Shown here: positions 10,006 to 19,899 of the stretch, one piece after another | Layout: each line of letters begins with the position of its first letter | Numbering within the stretch: the stretch's first letter is position 1 | Origin: a virus | Lineage: Duplodnaviria > Caudoviricetes | IMG/VR virus record: IMGVR_UViG_3300028490_000010 | Coordinates: 1 to 52,979 of that record | Strand: one strand, 5' to 3' | DNA: 52,979 nucleotides | Made by a program: the position numbers and the translations under genes | Notes under the pieces: model-generated | What the model was told of the DNA's origin: nothing | Seen by the model: the letters and a program-made list of their open reading frames with translations, nothing else | Database searches by the model: none

Positions 10006-10424
10006 AGTAAGTTCAATTCTTTCAGTAGATATTCCGTAAACACTTTAGGGAACCACCCGTACACTTCTTCGTCTGTCATGCAAGCCATAGCTTCATTAAG
10101 TTCCATGCTCTGCCCCTCAAACTCAGTCCCGTACAGGTAATCCCAAATCTCACTACGGCTCCTAGCCTCGAATGCAGTTGTCATTAAGCTCATAACTCCA
10201 TTCATGTCTAGCTCTGGTCTTTTTTGGTCTCCGGTTAAACCTACGATCATTTCTTTTGCATCAGAAAAGGTCAGGTCGCCTTCTCTGTACCCATTCAAAA
10301 TAGAGCCTGGATTATGGGATACTCCAAGCTTACTCTCTGGATTTTCATCCTTTAATCTTCGCAGGTCTTCCATTACGGTTTTTATTTTGCTTACTTTTTT
10401 GTCTATCTCTTTTTCTATATTCAT
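10002..10424 (-). CDS. hypothetical protein
   Basis: 140-aa ORF, GAGGAG RBS. Confidence 0.65.
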   Translation of the reverse strand: MNIEKEIDKKVSKIKTVMEDLRRLKDENPESKLGVSHNPGSILNGYREGDLTFSDAKEMIVGLTGDQKRPELDMNGVMSLMTTAFEARSRSEIWDYLYGTEFEGQSMELNEAMACMTDEEVYGWFPKVFTEYLLKELNLL

Positions 10425-10427
10425 CGA

Positions 10428-10733
10428 CTACTCCTCATCTCGTAAATCTTCTTCTGAAACATAGTATCCCATGTTCCGAATAACTGTTCTTGCTGCCGCT
10501 TTTTTTGTTTTGTAAACATTATCTTCTAGGACGCCACTCAAATCTTCTTCCATTCCTGAGTGTGGATACATATCGTATCTCACAACAGTATCCAAGGAGA
10601 TACTTCCGTCCACTTCTTTGTTGCCATTTGATGTTACTTGTATTGATATCTTTCTGACTCTAACACAGTCAACTCTTGAAAGTCCTGGAACGAATACATC
10701 TGCACCTATTTCATGTTTTGCTTCTAATTTCAT
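10428..10733 (-). CDS. hypothetical protein, SH3-like beta pattern
   Basis: Start at MKLE behind GAGG. Confidence 0.6.
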   Translation of the reverse strand: MKLEAKHEIGADVFVPGLSRVDCVRVRKISIQVTSNGNKEVDGSISLDTVVRYDMYPHSGMEEDLSGVLEDNVYKTKKAAARTVIRNMGYYVSEEDLRDEE

Positions 10734-10735
10734 AA

Positions 10736-11071
10736 TTACCTCACTTCTATATAGTCTATTCCGTACGTTGCACAAAGTTGTGCGTGTACAGCTACATCTC
10801 TAGCCACGGCTTCGAGAGCAGTATCGTATCTTTTAACGGCGTCAATGAAATGATCCACTTCACTATCGTTAAAGAAAAGCTGTGCGTTGATAGATATCAT
10901 ATTGAAATCACCCTCAACATCTAAGAACTCATCACAAAACACCATTGCTGCATGCCACAAGTTTTCCTCTCCAAAAGAACGGAGACTCATGCTTTGCACG
11001 ACTCTAATATTCAATAGCTCTGCATTGTTACATACAGTTTTGCCCTCATCAAAAAACTCACTTGCTCTCAT
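10736..11071 (-). CDS. hypothetical protein
   Basis: Start moved to MRAS. Confidence 0.6.
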   Translation of the reverse strand: MRASEFFDEGKTVCNNAELLNIRVVQSMSLRSFGEENLWHAAMVFCDEFLDVEGDFNMISINAQLFFNDSEVDHFIDAVKRYDTALEAVARDVAVHAQLCATYGIDYIEVR

Positions 11072-11378
11072 CTTCTCTCTCCTCTGTTTGGACAAACATA
11101 CTTCTAGGCATAGCTCTTTGTTCTGCATCAATGAGGCTTGTCATTATAGAGTCAATAGACTCATCCTGTGTCAACATCACTCTTATGACTATATTTAAAA
11201 CTTCGTTCAGATCTCTCGCCACACGTATATAGTCCACTGCCATTCGTATCATAGGTCTCGTCTGTGCTTTTTCACACAAGTCTTCTATGAACTGTTGCTT
11301 TACATTGTGCAGAACTTCATCGGATACAGTTTGAGACATTGTTCTTTTCCTAACCCTTAACAATTCGTCATTGGTCAT
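11058..11378 (-). CDS. hypothetical protein
   Basis: 106-aa ORF, GGAGG RBS. Confidence 0.6.
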   Translation of the reverse strand: MTNDELLRVRKRTMSQTVSDEVLHNVKQQFIEDLCEKAQTRPMIRMAVDYIRVARDLNEVLNIVIRVMLTQDESIDSIMTSLIDAEQRAMPRSMFVQTEEREDESK

Positions 11379-12417
11379 TTGTGCCCTCCATTGTCTTACC
11401 CATAGCCACTGCTTTATTTACACATGTATCACAACCATATCCACCTCCAAAACTATCCTCCATAATAAGATATTGTTCCTCTCCGTCGGCACTCTGTGCA
11501 GGATCTTGATAGTGAGCTTCATGCTCTTTGTCTGCATCATAGCATTCATCACACATGCCGTCACCACATGACTCACATATAAAATGCGTTGGCCCGTTTC
11601 CGCTATTGCAGTATAGACATCTGGGAGTCTTCCCGGCTTCCGTCAAATCGTCTACTACCTCTAGGTTTTCATACCCGATTGACTCCAGTTCCTTAAGAAG
11701 GCATCCGTGGGTGTCGCACCCTGATTTTGTCGATATTGTGTCACCAATCACGAACTCCCTGCAAGCGTCAGAATGCTGACCTGTGTGCATATACGAGCCG
11801 ATGGTATTGTTATGAAAAGTAAACTCTTGGTCTAGGAAAAAAGCTATTACATCTCCTGCTTGTGGGTTGCTGATGATCTTTCTAAACATTACACGCACCG
11901 GCTGCTTTTCTCTAAAGAAGTCAAGTATACACTCGTACAGTGGTTCATCAGGGTCATCAAATCCACTTGCTGTAAACTCTTTCCATGCATCAATAATCAT
12001 TTCGTACGATAAGTCATATTCAAGCCTACTGTGCTTAGGATACTCGTTGTGCCATAGCATAACAAACAAATACAGTGGGTAGTTTCTATCCTCGTCTGTC
12101 CATTCACCTTTAGTCTTGCCCTCTTTTTCTTTAGTCTCAGTGTCAGGGATCATTCTCTCTGAAGACATATGTAAGAACACAGTATACTTGTCTTCATTAC
12201 CCTTGATTGTTCTGACAAACTTCACATCGACAACCTCAATCTGAGGGTCAACAATATCAAACTCATGCAAGACATGCTCTGCCGTATCTGGGTTGTCAAA
12301 CAGGGTAGCCTTATTAAACCCTACCGTCTCAAGTATTGACGGTGCCCCAAGTGTTGTCTTTAGTCTAACAAATACTCTCTCTGTGCCATCCATGCACGTT
12401 ATCGCTAATTTAGTCAT
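11368..12417 (-). CDS. multi-module hypothetical protein with C-terminal Cys-rich domain
   Basis: Start MTKL behind GAGGA; SYMHTGQH module; multiple CxxC. Confidence 0.7.
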   Translation of the reverse strand: MTKLAITCMDGTERVFVRLKTTLGAPSILETVGFNKATLFDNPDTAEHVLHEFDIVDPQIEVVDVKFVRTIKGNEDKYTVFLHMSSERMIPDTETKEKEGKTKGEWTDEDRNYPLYLFVMLWHNEYPKHSRLEYDLSYEMIIDAWKEFTASGFDDPDEPLYECILDFFREKQPVRVMFRKIISNPQAGDVIAFFLDQEFTFHNNTIGSYMHTGQHSDACREFVIGDTISTKSGCDTHGCLLKELESIGYENLEVVDDLTEAGKTPRCLYCNSGNGPTHFICESCGDGMCDECYDADKEHEAHYQDPAQSADGEEQYLIMEDSFGGGYGCDTCVNKAVAMGKTMEGTNDQ

Positions 12418-12418
12418 T

Positions 12419-12601
12419 TTATCCTCTCCAAATTTCATCAAGTTCTTCAAACTTTGTTTCATGTATATGTTCACTCAAGCTTAAGTCATGCATGCCTCTT
12501 TCGTATTCATCTTTAACTTTAGCTTTTGCTGCCTCTGGTGTCTCTGTATCTACCTCAATCATTCTGGTTCTCACTTCTGTTATTAATACCTCGTGCTTCA
12601 A
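12419..12601 (-). CDS. DpnD/PcfM-like small protein
   Basis: MKHEVLITEVRTRMIEVDTETPEAAKAKVKDEY matches the family pattern as recalled. Confidence 0.6.
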   Translation of the reverse strand: MKHEVLITEVRTRMIEVDTETPEAAKAKVKDEYERGMHDLSLSEHIHETKFEELDEIWRG

Positions 12602-13233
12602 GTATTCCTCCTGGTTAATCTTATATCTTCTGCGTACCTACGTGTCGTCTCTAAGACATGCTCGTAGTTCTCAGGGTCAATGCCTATGTCTTGGATCATT
12701 GCAGTAAACACATCACTGTGTCTATGTCTATGACCATCTTCAGTTCCTAGCCACTCAGCAAACATAATCGCCGAGTCCACCAGAAGTGTACCCATCCCTT
12801 TTTGCTCTATGAAATCGTTCACACTGCTTCCGCCGTGATGTATCTCATAGTGCTCTGCAGGAGGAAGACAACACACAAAAAAGTCATTGTGCTTAATCCT
12901 ACTCTTAGGCATCCAATGGTGGACTTCCATTTGTGTTCCTACCCCACCACCATATCTCATATGCAGATAAGCCATATAGTCTTTTACTATCAGTACACCA
13001 CGCTTATCTTCTTTGGTTTTCTTCTTTCTCTCTCGTATTTTGTTTAACCTATCGGCAACTTTCTTTTTTTGTTCCCAGTCCCTATTGTTAAACTTGTTTA
13101 CAGTTTTCTGTTTGTGCTCTACAACTGTTCTATTTACTGGTGGATATATCTGAATGTTATCGTTTGGCTCATCCATATCTATAGGCTTATACGGAGCTGG
13201 CTTCTTTTTGTTCCATTGGCTTTTCTTTTCCAT
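12598..13233 (-). CDS. putative HNH/DUF968-like nuclease
   Basis: EVHH...DFFVCCLPPAEHYEIH His cluster; basic N-terminus. Confidence 0.5.
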   Translation of the reverse strand: MEKKSQWNKKKPAPYKPIDMDEPNDNIQIYPPVNRTVVEHKQKTVNKFNNRDWEQKKKVADRLNKIRERKKKTKEDKRGVLIVKDYMAYLHMRYGGGVGTQMEVHHWMPKSRIKHNDFFVCCLPPAEHYEIHHGGSSVNDFIEQKGMGTLLVDSAIMFAEWLGTEDGHRHRHSDVFTAMIQDIGIDPENYEHVLETTRRYAEDIRLTRRNT

Positions 13234-13828
13234 CGTTATATTCCTTTATGAAATTACTAACCTCAATGGGTGATACTCTCCCAAATTCTTTGGCATAGCT
13301 TCTAAAGTGGTGTAGCATTGCTTCTGCTTCTGTACTTAATGACATGATTTGGCTGGCTCTTACTGGACTCTCCCCATCGGTAAGGTAGTATGCCATTTCG
13401 ATATTGTCACTGAGATCCATTCCACATCCAGTTAAAGCCAACACACAAGTATCGCAACTGTCTATCTCCACGACCACCACATTGCCGACATACTTATCTA
13501 CAAGCAAAATCTCTTCTGATGTAGGCTCACTCATTAACACATGGACATAGTTGTATATAGGTGTGTACCCATCTTGAATTTCATAGTAGGAGTCGCTGTT
13601 TCTGAAGTGTTCCATTAGTTCCGATACATCAAAATCCTCATTACTGCAGAGACCTTGTGCTATTTCGGAAGCATCAAGACCTTCGTCCTCATAGTTTTCA
13701 TTCAGCCAATACTCAAAAGCTTCCGTCTCAGCCAGTGCTGCATCATCACTGCATACCTCTTCCCACGTCAAGTTACGATACTCTTCGTCCGGATATCCCC
13801 ATTTATCAAAATGTATTACATACGACAT
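13187..13828 (-). CDS. highly acidic hypothetical protein
   Basis: 213 aa, D/E rich, LALTGCGMDLS motif. Confidence 0.7.
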   Translation of the reverse strand: MSYVIHFDKWGYPDEEYRNLTWEEVCSDDAALAETEAFEYWLNENYEDEGLDASEIAQGLCSNEDFDVSELMEHFRNSDSYYEIQDGYTPIYNYVHVLMSEPTSEEILLVDKYVGNVVVVEIDSCDTCVLALTGCGMDLSDNIEMAYYLTDGESPVRASQIMSLSTEAEAMLHHFRSYAKEFGRVSPIEVSNFIKEYNDGKEKPMEQKEASSV

Positions 13829-14088
13829 TACTCACCTCTCTTTTTTACTATAGGAGCCAACAGTGCTGCAAACAACATATATGCTGATGTTGGGTCCATA
13901 TACTCTTCTGCTTTTTTCATAGCCTCATGCGGTCTGTCTTTTTCAAGTGACTCTGCAACTGCCTGTATACATGTAAATCTATCTGCACTACCTTTTACTC
14001 CAATATGATTTTTAAGCATGTCGTTACCTGCTTCTCTATGCAAGTGGTCTATCGGCTTGCCAATATTATCTAGTCCTGTTCCGTCCAT
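13828..14088 (-). CDS. hypothetical protein
   Basis: 86-aa ORF, AGGAG RBS. Confidence 0.6.
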   Translation of the reverse strand: MDGTGLDNIGKPIDHLHREAGNDMLKNHIGVKGSADRFTCIQAVAESLEKDRPHEAMKKAEEYMDPTSAYMLFAALLAPIVKKRGE

Positions 14089-14096
14089 CTTCTCTC

Positions 14097-14294
14097 CTAG
14101 TTGAACCCATATGGGTTTGGTTTCTTTTTTACTTTGTTTGATTTTGGCTCTACTTTTGGAGCAGACACAAATCTTCGTATCTCTCCATGTGCAGACAACG
14201 CATCATCTCTCATTTTTTTTTCGTCTCCCTCATGCTTTACGAAGAAATAGTTCTTGTTTTTTTCGTAAAAGTCCTCAAAGCCTTTAGCTATCAT
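14097..14294 (-). CDS. hypothetical protein
   Basis: 65-aa ORF, TAATG coupling. Confidence 0.55.
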   Translation of the reverse strand: MIAKGFEDFYEKNKNYFFVKHEGDEKKMRDDALSAHGEIRRFVSAPKVEPKSNKVKKKPNPYGFN

Positions 14295-14557
14295 TAGAGA
14301 GGGACCTTATGAGTAAAGTCCTCATTGTCTGTATCTGCCCATACTTTCACAGACAGCTCTCCATCAAATAGATCCAGCATCACACCTCTTCCATCCTCAC
14401 TATCTGGAAATTCTATCCATAGCCCGTACACTCCCTTCCTGACAGTAACCTCAACCTTGTCACCTGTACCCATCTCATCCATAAGAGTGACTCCTATAAT
14501 CTCACCTTCTCCCATTTGCCTAATCATCATATCTCCTTGTTGCTTTGTATTTTCCAC
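14294..14557 (-). CDS. hypothetical protein
   Basis: VWADTDNEDFTH motif; true start probably internal. Confidence 0.6.
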   Translation of the reverse strand: MENTKQQGDMMIRQMGEGEIIGVTLMDEMGTGDKVEVTVRKGVYGLWIEFPDSEDGRGVMLDLFDGELSVKVWADTDNEDFTHKVPL

Positions 14558-14861
14558 AATGAAATTTTTGGCGACCCAGAACCTTTAGTGCAACAGAAAA
14601 TCTCTGTACAGTGATAATCCCTCCACCAATATATATGAAATAAAATGCGTACATAGGAAACCCTGCTTCACCAAAAAGTGTTATAGCTATAAACATAATT
14701 AGCAAAATCAACACTACCTCTAGCCCGTAAAATATAACAGGCACAATAGAATTGCAAAACCTTCTCCTCTCTCTAAACTTACTCATCTGAAATCTCCCAC
14801 ATGTCGTAATGATGGTTCCACTCGCAAACCATATCAAATGCATCAGACGGATCATCTGCAA
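14520..14861 (-). CDS. putative two-TM membrane protein
   Basis: Two hydrophobic stretches; likely start at MSKF. Confidence 0.55.
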   Translation of the reverse strand: MQMIRLMHLIWFASGTIITTCGRFQMSKFRERRRFCNSIVPVIFYGLEVVLILLIMFIAITLFGEAGFPMYAFYFIYIGGGIITVQRFSVALKVLGRQKFHCGKYKATRRYDD

Positions 14862-15312
14862 AAACTGTTTCCTCTATCTCTCCACCTCGATAGGTCATCT
14901 CATACTTAATCTTTAGTCCTTCTACTGACTGCCTCATGCATCCTGTGTCCTGGTCAGTCATGTCGTCCTTGAGCCAATCACGCAAATCTATGGCGTTCTC
15001 AGGCACAACAAAACCTTTCTCTCGAATAAGGGGGAGTAACTCATCTGCTGTTACATACTTGCCGAAATATTCATAATCATATCCTGCATATGTCGAGCCT
15101 TCCTCTTTTGAAAAATACGGACCGTGTTCTATGACAACTTCTATTCCATGTCTCTGCTCTAGTGCTGCCTCTTCTATTTCTTCGTATGTATCCACAACGA
15201 TGCCGTTATCTGAAGCTATGCTTAGTGCCTCATCTTCTGCATCTTTCAACAACTCCCATCCAGATGCTTGTCTGATCCTTCCATCATCCAGTTCTATTAC
15301 AAAAAATACCAT
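14779..15312 (-). CDS. acidic hypothetical protein
   Basis: 177-aa ORF. Confidence 0.65.
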   Translation of the reverse strand: MVFFVIELDDGRIRQASGWELLKDAEDEALSIASDNGIVVDTYEEIEEAALEQRHGIEVVIEHGPYFSKEEGSTYAGYDYEYFGKYVTADELLPLIREKGFVVPENAIDLRDWLKDDMTDQDTGCMRQSVEGLKIKYEMTYRGGEIEETVFADDPSDAFDMVCEWNHHYDMWEISDE

Positions 15313-15780
15313 CTACTTTTTCTCCTTTAAATACTCATCTATTGAGTCCATTATCCTGTTTGCAATCTGAATAGATCTGAACCCAGCTCTGCTGTGAGCA
15401 TAGGCATCTTTAAGATTTGCTATATGATCTGCAGTCAACCCGAATGGCTCAACGCACTCCTCATACTTAAACACCATTGTAGAAATTATGGCACCAGGAT
15501 TAATCAGAAAGTTATCTTTGGACATCTGCTCTCTTGCCGACTCCATAACAACATCCGCATCAGCAACCATGGCTAGATAATTGTCTCTATCCTTTTTCCC
15601 ATGTATAGCTAGTTGCTTCTTCACTTTCTGCATAATTGCTTTACGTCCACGCTTTCCGTGTGGTTCTGTTCTGTCTATTGAGGACAGTATTAGGTATATA
15701 ATAATACCCGTCATCATCTGTTTATCATTCATCCTAATCTCCTGACTGATGCATTTCATTCCATAAGCTCTTTGCGTCAT
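15313..15780 (-). CDS. hypothetical protein
   Basis: ORF track; likely start at MNDK. Confidence 0.6.
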   Translation of the reverse strand: MTQRAYGMKCISQEIRMNDKQMMTGIIIYLILSSIDRTEPHGKRGRKAIMQKVKKQLAIHGKKDRDNYLAMVADADVVMESAREQMSKDNFLINPGAIISTMVFKYEECVEPFGLTADHIANLKDAYAHSRAGFRSIQIANRIMDSIDEYLKEKK

Positions 15781-16096
15781 CTGTTATCTTCGCATTAGCC
15801 TCCTCTTTTACTCTCCCTGTGAAGTCTGACAGCACAGTAGGTCCCTTGCAATAACATACCCCACATACACCGCTCGCTTCTGCAAATAAGCTATCGTTTC
15901 TCATGTAAGTCTTTACTTCCACTTTTATATAGTCGTTCTCGCAAAAAGGACATCTTCTCATTCCCGTCTCTTCAACCGGAGCTAAAAACTTGTCCCTGCA
16001 GACTCTGTATCCATAGACAAATGCTCTATGAACAGGTCCTGCTTCCATAGACTTTTTGTACGGTCTGGGAATATCTTCTTCTTTAAGGCTAAACAT
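15734..16096 (-). CDS. Lar-family restriction alleviation-like zinc protein
   Basis: RRCPFCE...CGVCYCKGP...AKSLWN pattern. Confidence 0.6.
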   Translation of the reverse strand: MFSLKEEDIPRPYKKSMEAGPVHRAFVYGYRVCRDKFLAPVEETGMRRCPFCENDYIKVEVKTYMRNDSLFAEASGVCGVCYCKGPTVLSDFTGRVKEEANAKITDDAKSLWNEMHQSGD

Positions 16097-16724
16097 TATT
16101 TCTCTCCTTTAGATCTTGTTCTATCCATCCCATCATTTCTTCTTCAATAAACTCATCTACAAACTTTCTCACCGTATACTCATCAACATCAATAGTGAAG
16201 GTCATGCTGTATACACCGTCACCTTTGTTACTGTGCACATTGTATGAATAGTCACAATGCTCAGGTGTCTGGCAGAATACATTTCCATACAGCCAGTTTT
16301 CAAATATATCAACAGCGTTAAGCTCTACTGCACTTTTGTATGACGGGTTCAGGCTTAAGTCAAAATCTATAGTGATTATCTCTGCAAACTTTTGGTACTG
16401 CTCTTCCATAGCCGCATATATCTCTGCGATTTTATCTTCCGTCAATAAGCCTTCTGACGTTACAGTCATTACACTTTCACCACCCCACACTACCTTTTCT
16501 AAAGTAAAAGCAATAGAAGGAAATATTCTTTCTAGCTCTTCCACCCAATAGTCGTCCGAAACATACTCATGGTTAGTACACCGTGCCTGATACCTCTTGC
16601 TGTCTTTTTCTCTTCTGTAGTCATCCGTAAAATATCTTGATCGCCCATCCTCTATTGCACGAATATCTGCAAACCGTGGGAAATCCTCTTCTCTAATTGC
16701 ATATGTTACTTCATGTATTTCCAT
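16089..16724 (-). CDS. acidic hypothetical protein
   Basis: 211-aa ORF, AGGAGG RBS. Confidence 0.7.
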   Translation of the reverse strand: MEIHEVTYAIREEDFPRFADIRAIEDGRSRYFTDDYRREKDSKRYQARCTNHEYVSDDYWVEELERIFPSIAFTLEKVVWGGESVMTVTSEGLLTEDKIAEIYAAMEEQYQKFAEIITIDFDLSLNPSYKSAVELNAVDIFENWLYGNVFCQTPEHCDYSYNVHSNKGDGVYSMTFTIDVDEYTVRKFVDEFIEEEMMGWIEQDLKERNNV

Positions 16725-16748
16725 ATCACCCTCCTATTGGTGTGTTGC

Positions 16749-17300
16749 TCATTTACAACATTTCTTGTATTTCTTTCCACTACCACAAGGGCATGGACTG
16801 TTTCTACCTACCTTGTCATCTTCTCTGACATACGGTTCTCTGTGCATAGGCCAAGACATTTCATCATACACACTCTTGTCCAGAGTTTTTGATCCAACGA
16901 ACTCCTGCTTTAGGTCTGCCCAACTATTATCTGGCTTAAGGTCTATCTTGTCTAGTATTGTTATGTCAAACTCTTCAGGCATATGGTTGTAGGCTCTCCA
17001 TAGAGGGTGAAATGTAAACACATTCTTCTCATCCCCTTGTAGTTGCTCTCCCATAATAATCTCTACCTCTGTTGCCTTCTCTTTTGGAAATTCACCATGC
17101 CATGTGCCAGTATTACACTCTGAGCACAAAAGCACAACAGGAGAACGAACTCCGGTTTTATCATATTCTACATCAAATCCGTGCATTGCCATTGAAGACA
17201 TATTCGGAAAGCCATCTTCTTTTTCATCAACACTATACGCAGGTGTACATAAATTTGAATTCTCTACACACCCACAATCACTACATATAAACAAGCTCAT
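16749..17300 (-). CDS. zinc-binding protein with C-terminal SEC-C motif
   Basis: C-terminal [20 protein letters not shown]; N-terminal CSDCGC and CSEC. Confidence 0.85.
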   Translation of the reverse strand: MSLFICSDCGCVENSNLCTPAYSVDEKEDGFPNMSSMAMHGFDVEYDKTGVRSPVVLLCSECNTGTWHGEFPKEKATEVEIIMGEQLQGDEKNVFTFHPLWRAYNHMPEEFDITILDKIDLKPDNSWADLKQEFVGSKTLDKSVYDEMSWPMHREPYVREDDKVGRNSPCPCGSGKKYKKCCK

Positions 17301-17301
17301 A

Positions 17302-17832
17302 TTACGCTCCCCATAACATTTTTATCTGAGACAAAGATGCCTCTTCTCTTTTTTTCTTAACACCAAGCACTGATGCATCTCTTCTCTCCTGCATTTCCCG
17401 TACGGTCAACGGCTCTTTAAGCAGTAGCACATAACTATATGTTCCACCTTTGCCTGAATTGTTGGTAAGCTTGAGAGCTATGATTATCTCATCCTGGTCG
17501 CAACCAAACTTATATCCCTCACTTTCTCTCCTGAAGGCATCCGGCTCTGAAAGCCTATTGTAGCTTGATGGAGGAACCTGACAAACTACATCCCCCTTTT
17601 CATTTATGAGTCCTACACTTTTTGTTTCTCTGTGAGTATGTCTATAATTAGACACCAACGAGTAAGGTATGTGCTGAAAATTCTTCCCCACACTATGCAC
17701 ACTAAAAGTGAGCACATCTAAAAACATTGTGTGCTCTGTTGCCGGGACGTCCTTGTTGTGATCGTCCATAATTATGCGAAACGGTTGTTTCTCTACAAGT
17801 TTTTTACCTGCTTCTTTCATATCTATTTTCAT
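17302..17832 (-). CDS. hypothetical protein
   Basis: 176-aa ORF, AAGGAG RBS. Confidence 0.65.
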   Translation of the reverse strand: MKIDMKEAGKKLVEKQPFRIIMDDHNKDVPATEHTMFLDVLTFSVHSVGKNFQHIPYSLVSNYRHTHRETKSVGLINEKGDVVCQVPPSSYNRLSEPDAFRRESEGYKFGCDQDEIIIALKLTNNSGKGGTYSYVLLLKEPLTVREMQERRDASVLGVKKKREEASLSQIKMLWGA

Positions 17833-17841
17833 ATTTTCTCC

Positions 17842-18399
17842 TTATTCTATGTTTCCAAACTCTTCAATGAGTTCTTCATTAGTGTATTTAAACACATTGT
17901 AAACACCCCTTATGGATGGTCTATCTAGGTCACTGACATCACAGTACCCTCCTGTTGCGTTATCATCTTTTAGATTATCTTCCTCTATCTCTATCCCCTC
18001 TAGCTCAAGATATGCATCGTCTATTGCTCTTCTTACTTTTTTAATACGAACAAAATCAGTAATATTACGCATTATCTTCTCTAGCAGCATTTTTGCAGTT
18101 CCTAGTGTCTTTAGGGCACTAATAATTTCATCATACTTTTCATGCTCTTCATCTACTTTGCCAGAGAAATTTAAAGCTCTTGATATATTGGTGTGCATCT
18201 TTGCCAAAAATAGTAAAGACGCACGGTCAAATTCAATATTCTTATTCCTAGCTATCTCATGTAGGGTGTCTAGCTGATACTGATTGCGATATCTCCATTT
18301 AAGATGTCTCTCAATCACCACAGATATCATATGTTTTGGTTCGGTATATACAAAGTAGTCATAACTACTAAGATATCTATATAGGTTTAGTGCAAACAT
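17842..18399 (-). CDS. hypothetical protein
   Basis: 185-aa ORF, AAAGGA RBS. Confidence 0.65.
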   Translation of the reverse strand: MFALNLYRYLSSYDYFVYTEPKHMISVVIERHLKWRYRNQYQLDTLHEIARNKNIEFDRASLLFLAKMHTNISRALNFSGKVDEEHEKYDEIISALKTLGTAKMLLEKIMRNITDFVRIKKVRRAIDDAYLELEGIEIEEDNLKDDNATGGYCDVSDLDRPSIRGVYNVFKYTNEELIEEFGNIE

Positions 18400-18412
18400 T
18401 ATCTTTCCTTTA

Positions 18413-18712
18413 CTACTCGTGCATTCTGTCTAAATGTGCTTCCTCTTGTATGTGGCTATACCCCTGCTCTGTTAAGTCTTTGCGAAATCTAAGCTCAGGA
18501 TTATTCTCTCTTACCTTTTGCATAGATCTTCGTATTGTCTCGAACGAGGGTATCTCTTTCTTGTCAATCTTATCCATAACGTCCCCAAAATAAGTAGACA
18601 CATACACACCGTGGTACTTTGCGTACAGTTCTTTTATCATTCTGGTTGCAGTAAACACACTAGGGTCATTTGACGATCTAAGAATTTCCAAAACCTTATC
18701 ATATGTCTTCAT
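18413..18712 (-). CDS. phage hypothetical protein, possible winged helix
   Basis: IPSFETIRRSMQKVRENNPELR motif. Confidence 0.65.
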   Translation of the reverse strand: MKTYDKVLEILRSSNDPSVFTATRMIKELYAKYHGVYVSTYFGDVMDKIDKKEIPSFETIRRSMQKVRENNPELRFRKDLTEQGYSHIQEEAHLDRMHE

Positions 18713-18728
18713 TTAATTGTCCTTCAAT

Positions 18729-19703
18729 TTATGTTGGTCCGCTTGCATCTCCAAACGCACCTTTCGGTAAGTCCCACCCACCACTCAAGATAATTTCTTG
18801 GTCGTATGTTTTGGACATAGCTAATCTATAGACGTCCGGCTCAACATTATATGCTGTTCCTTTATCTGCTTGTTCAACAATACTCATAGTGCGATGAATG
18901 GTTACATCAAACTCTGCCTCGTATGCAGCCACCTTGTTGAAGTGGTCTGGCATATACTTCGCTACGGTTGCCCATTGGTTAGGGCTGCCGAATATACACG
19001 TAAGACAAGATGTTCTACCCCACCCTGCTTGATAAGCTGGATGTGGGTTCACTCCGTATTGTTTTAATAAGTCCCATACTTGAGCCTCAGTAGCTTCTTT
19101 TGCTATTCTGGCATGGTAGATCAATCTCTTGGTCCTTTTGCCGTCTATGAAGCTCCTGTGTGTCTCAAACGACTTGTATTTTGCTCGTGCTGCAGACTCC
19201 TCTGCTCTCTCGCCAGTTATTACGAGATACTTCCTGTTGCCACTAAATCTAAATTGACGCTTTATTAATCTATCACCTACGTCTATTTTAAGGGCACTCG
19301 AACACCATCTGGTTGCCAGGTTTGCAGTGACCTGTGGAAACTTACGCCTTGTTCCTAATGGAGGGTTCTTTAATCCACCTGGGGCATAAACAATCTCATG
19401 GTTCTCATCCTCAAACATTATTGCTTCGGTTGCATCTTCCTCTCTTAACATCTCTCTTTCAAACCCACCAACACGCCAAGACATATACACCTTTGAGCCA
19501 AATGCTTTGCCGAATGCACGACAATAGCTTTCAGTAATAGGCCAATCCATAAGGGAGCTTCCCTCATTTCCGTCAATTAAGTGATGATGTAGTTCGATTT
19601 TATCCGGGCTAACGCCGGCTTCAAGTAGTTTAAGGTAGCAGAAAACTGAGTCTTTGCCACCAGAGAAGAAGAGTATAACCTTGTCATACTCCTCATATTT
19701 CAT
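18729..19703 (-). CDS. PAPS reductase-like (PP-loop) protein
   Basis: FSGGKDS PP-loop, RWCSSALK, TGERAEESAARA, HPAY..GWGRTSCLTCIF. Confidence 0.85.
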   Translation of the reverse strand: MKYEEYDKVILFFSGGKDSVFCYLKLLEAGVSPDKIELHHHLIDGNEGSSLMDWPITESYCRAFGKAFGSKVYMSWRVGGFEREMLREEDATEAIMFEDENHEIVYAPGGLKNPPLGTRRKFPQVTANLATRWCSSALKIDVGDRLIKRQFRFSGNRKYLVITGERAEESAARAKYKSFETHRSFIDGKRTKRLIYHARIAKEATEAQVWDLLKQYGVNPHPAYQAGWGRTSCLTCIFGSPNQWATVAKYMPDHFNKVAAYEAEFDVTIHRTMSIVEQADKGTAYNVEPDVYRLAMSKTYDQEIILSGGWDLPKGAFGDASGPT

Positions 19704-19704
19704 A

Positions 19705-19899
19705 TCAATCCCTGTCTATGTCTATCTTTAGCCCATTCACCATGATAACAAGCTCATCCGTATACTCATATCTCATTTGGGCATGTGTGTCAATAGATAC
19801 ATCATCAACAGGCCAGTTGTCATTTCCGTCCCATATAATAATATCTATCTCATCCCCATGTGCCTCATTTATAAGGTCTATCAAATCTTGCTTTTTCAT
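19705..19899 (-). CDS. small acidic protein
   Basis: 64-aa ORF. Confidence 0.55.
   Translation of the reverse strand: MKKQDLIDLINEAHGDEIDIIIWDGNDNWPVDDVSIDTHAQMRYEYTDELVIMVNGLKIDIDRD

Noticed and set aside
14520-14861. Two-TM protein as a conjugation (TraL/pilin) or holin gene
   Set aside because: No neighbouring transfer or lysis genes and no diagnostic motif
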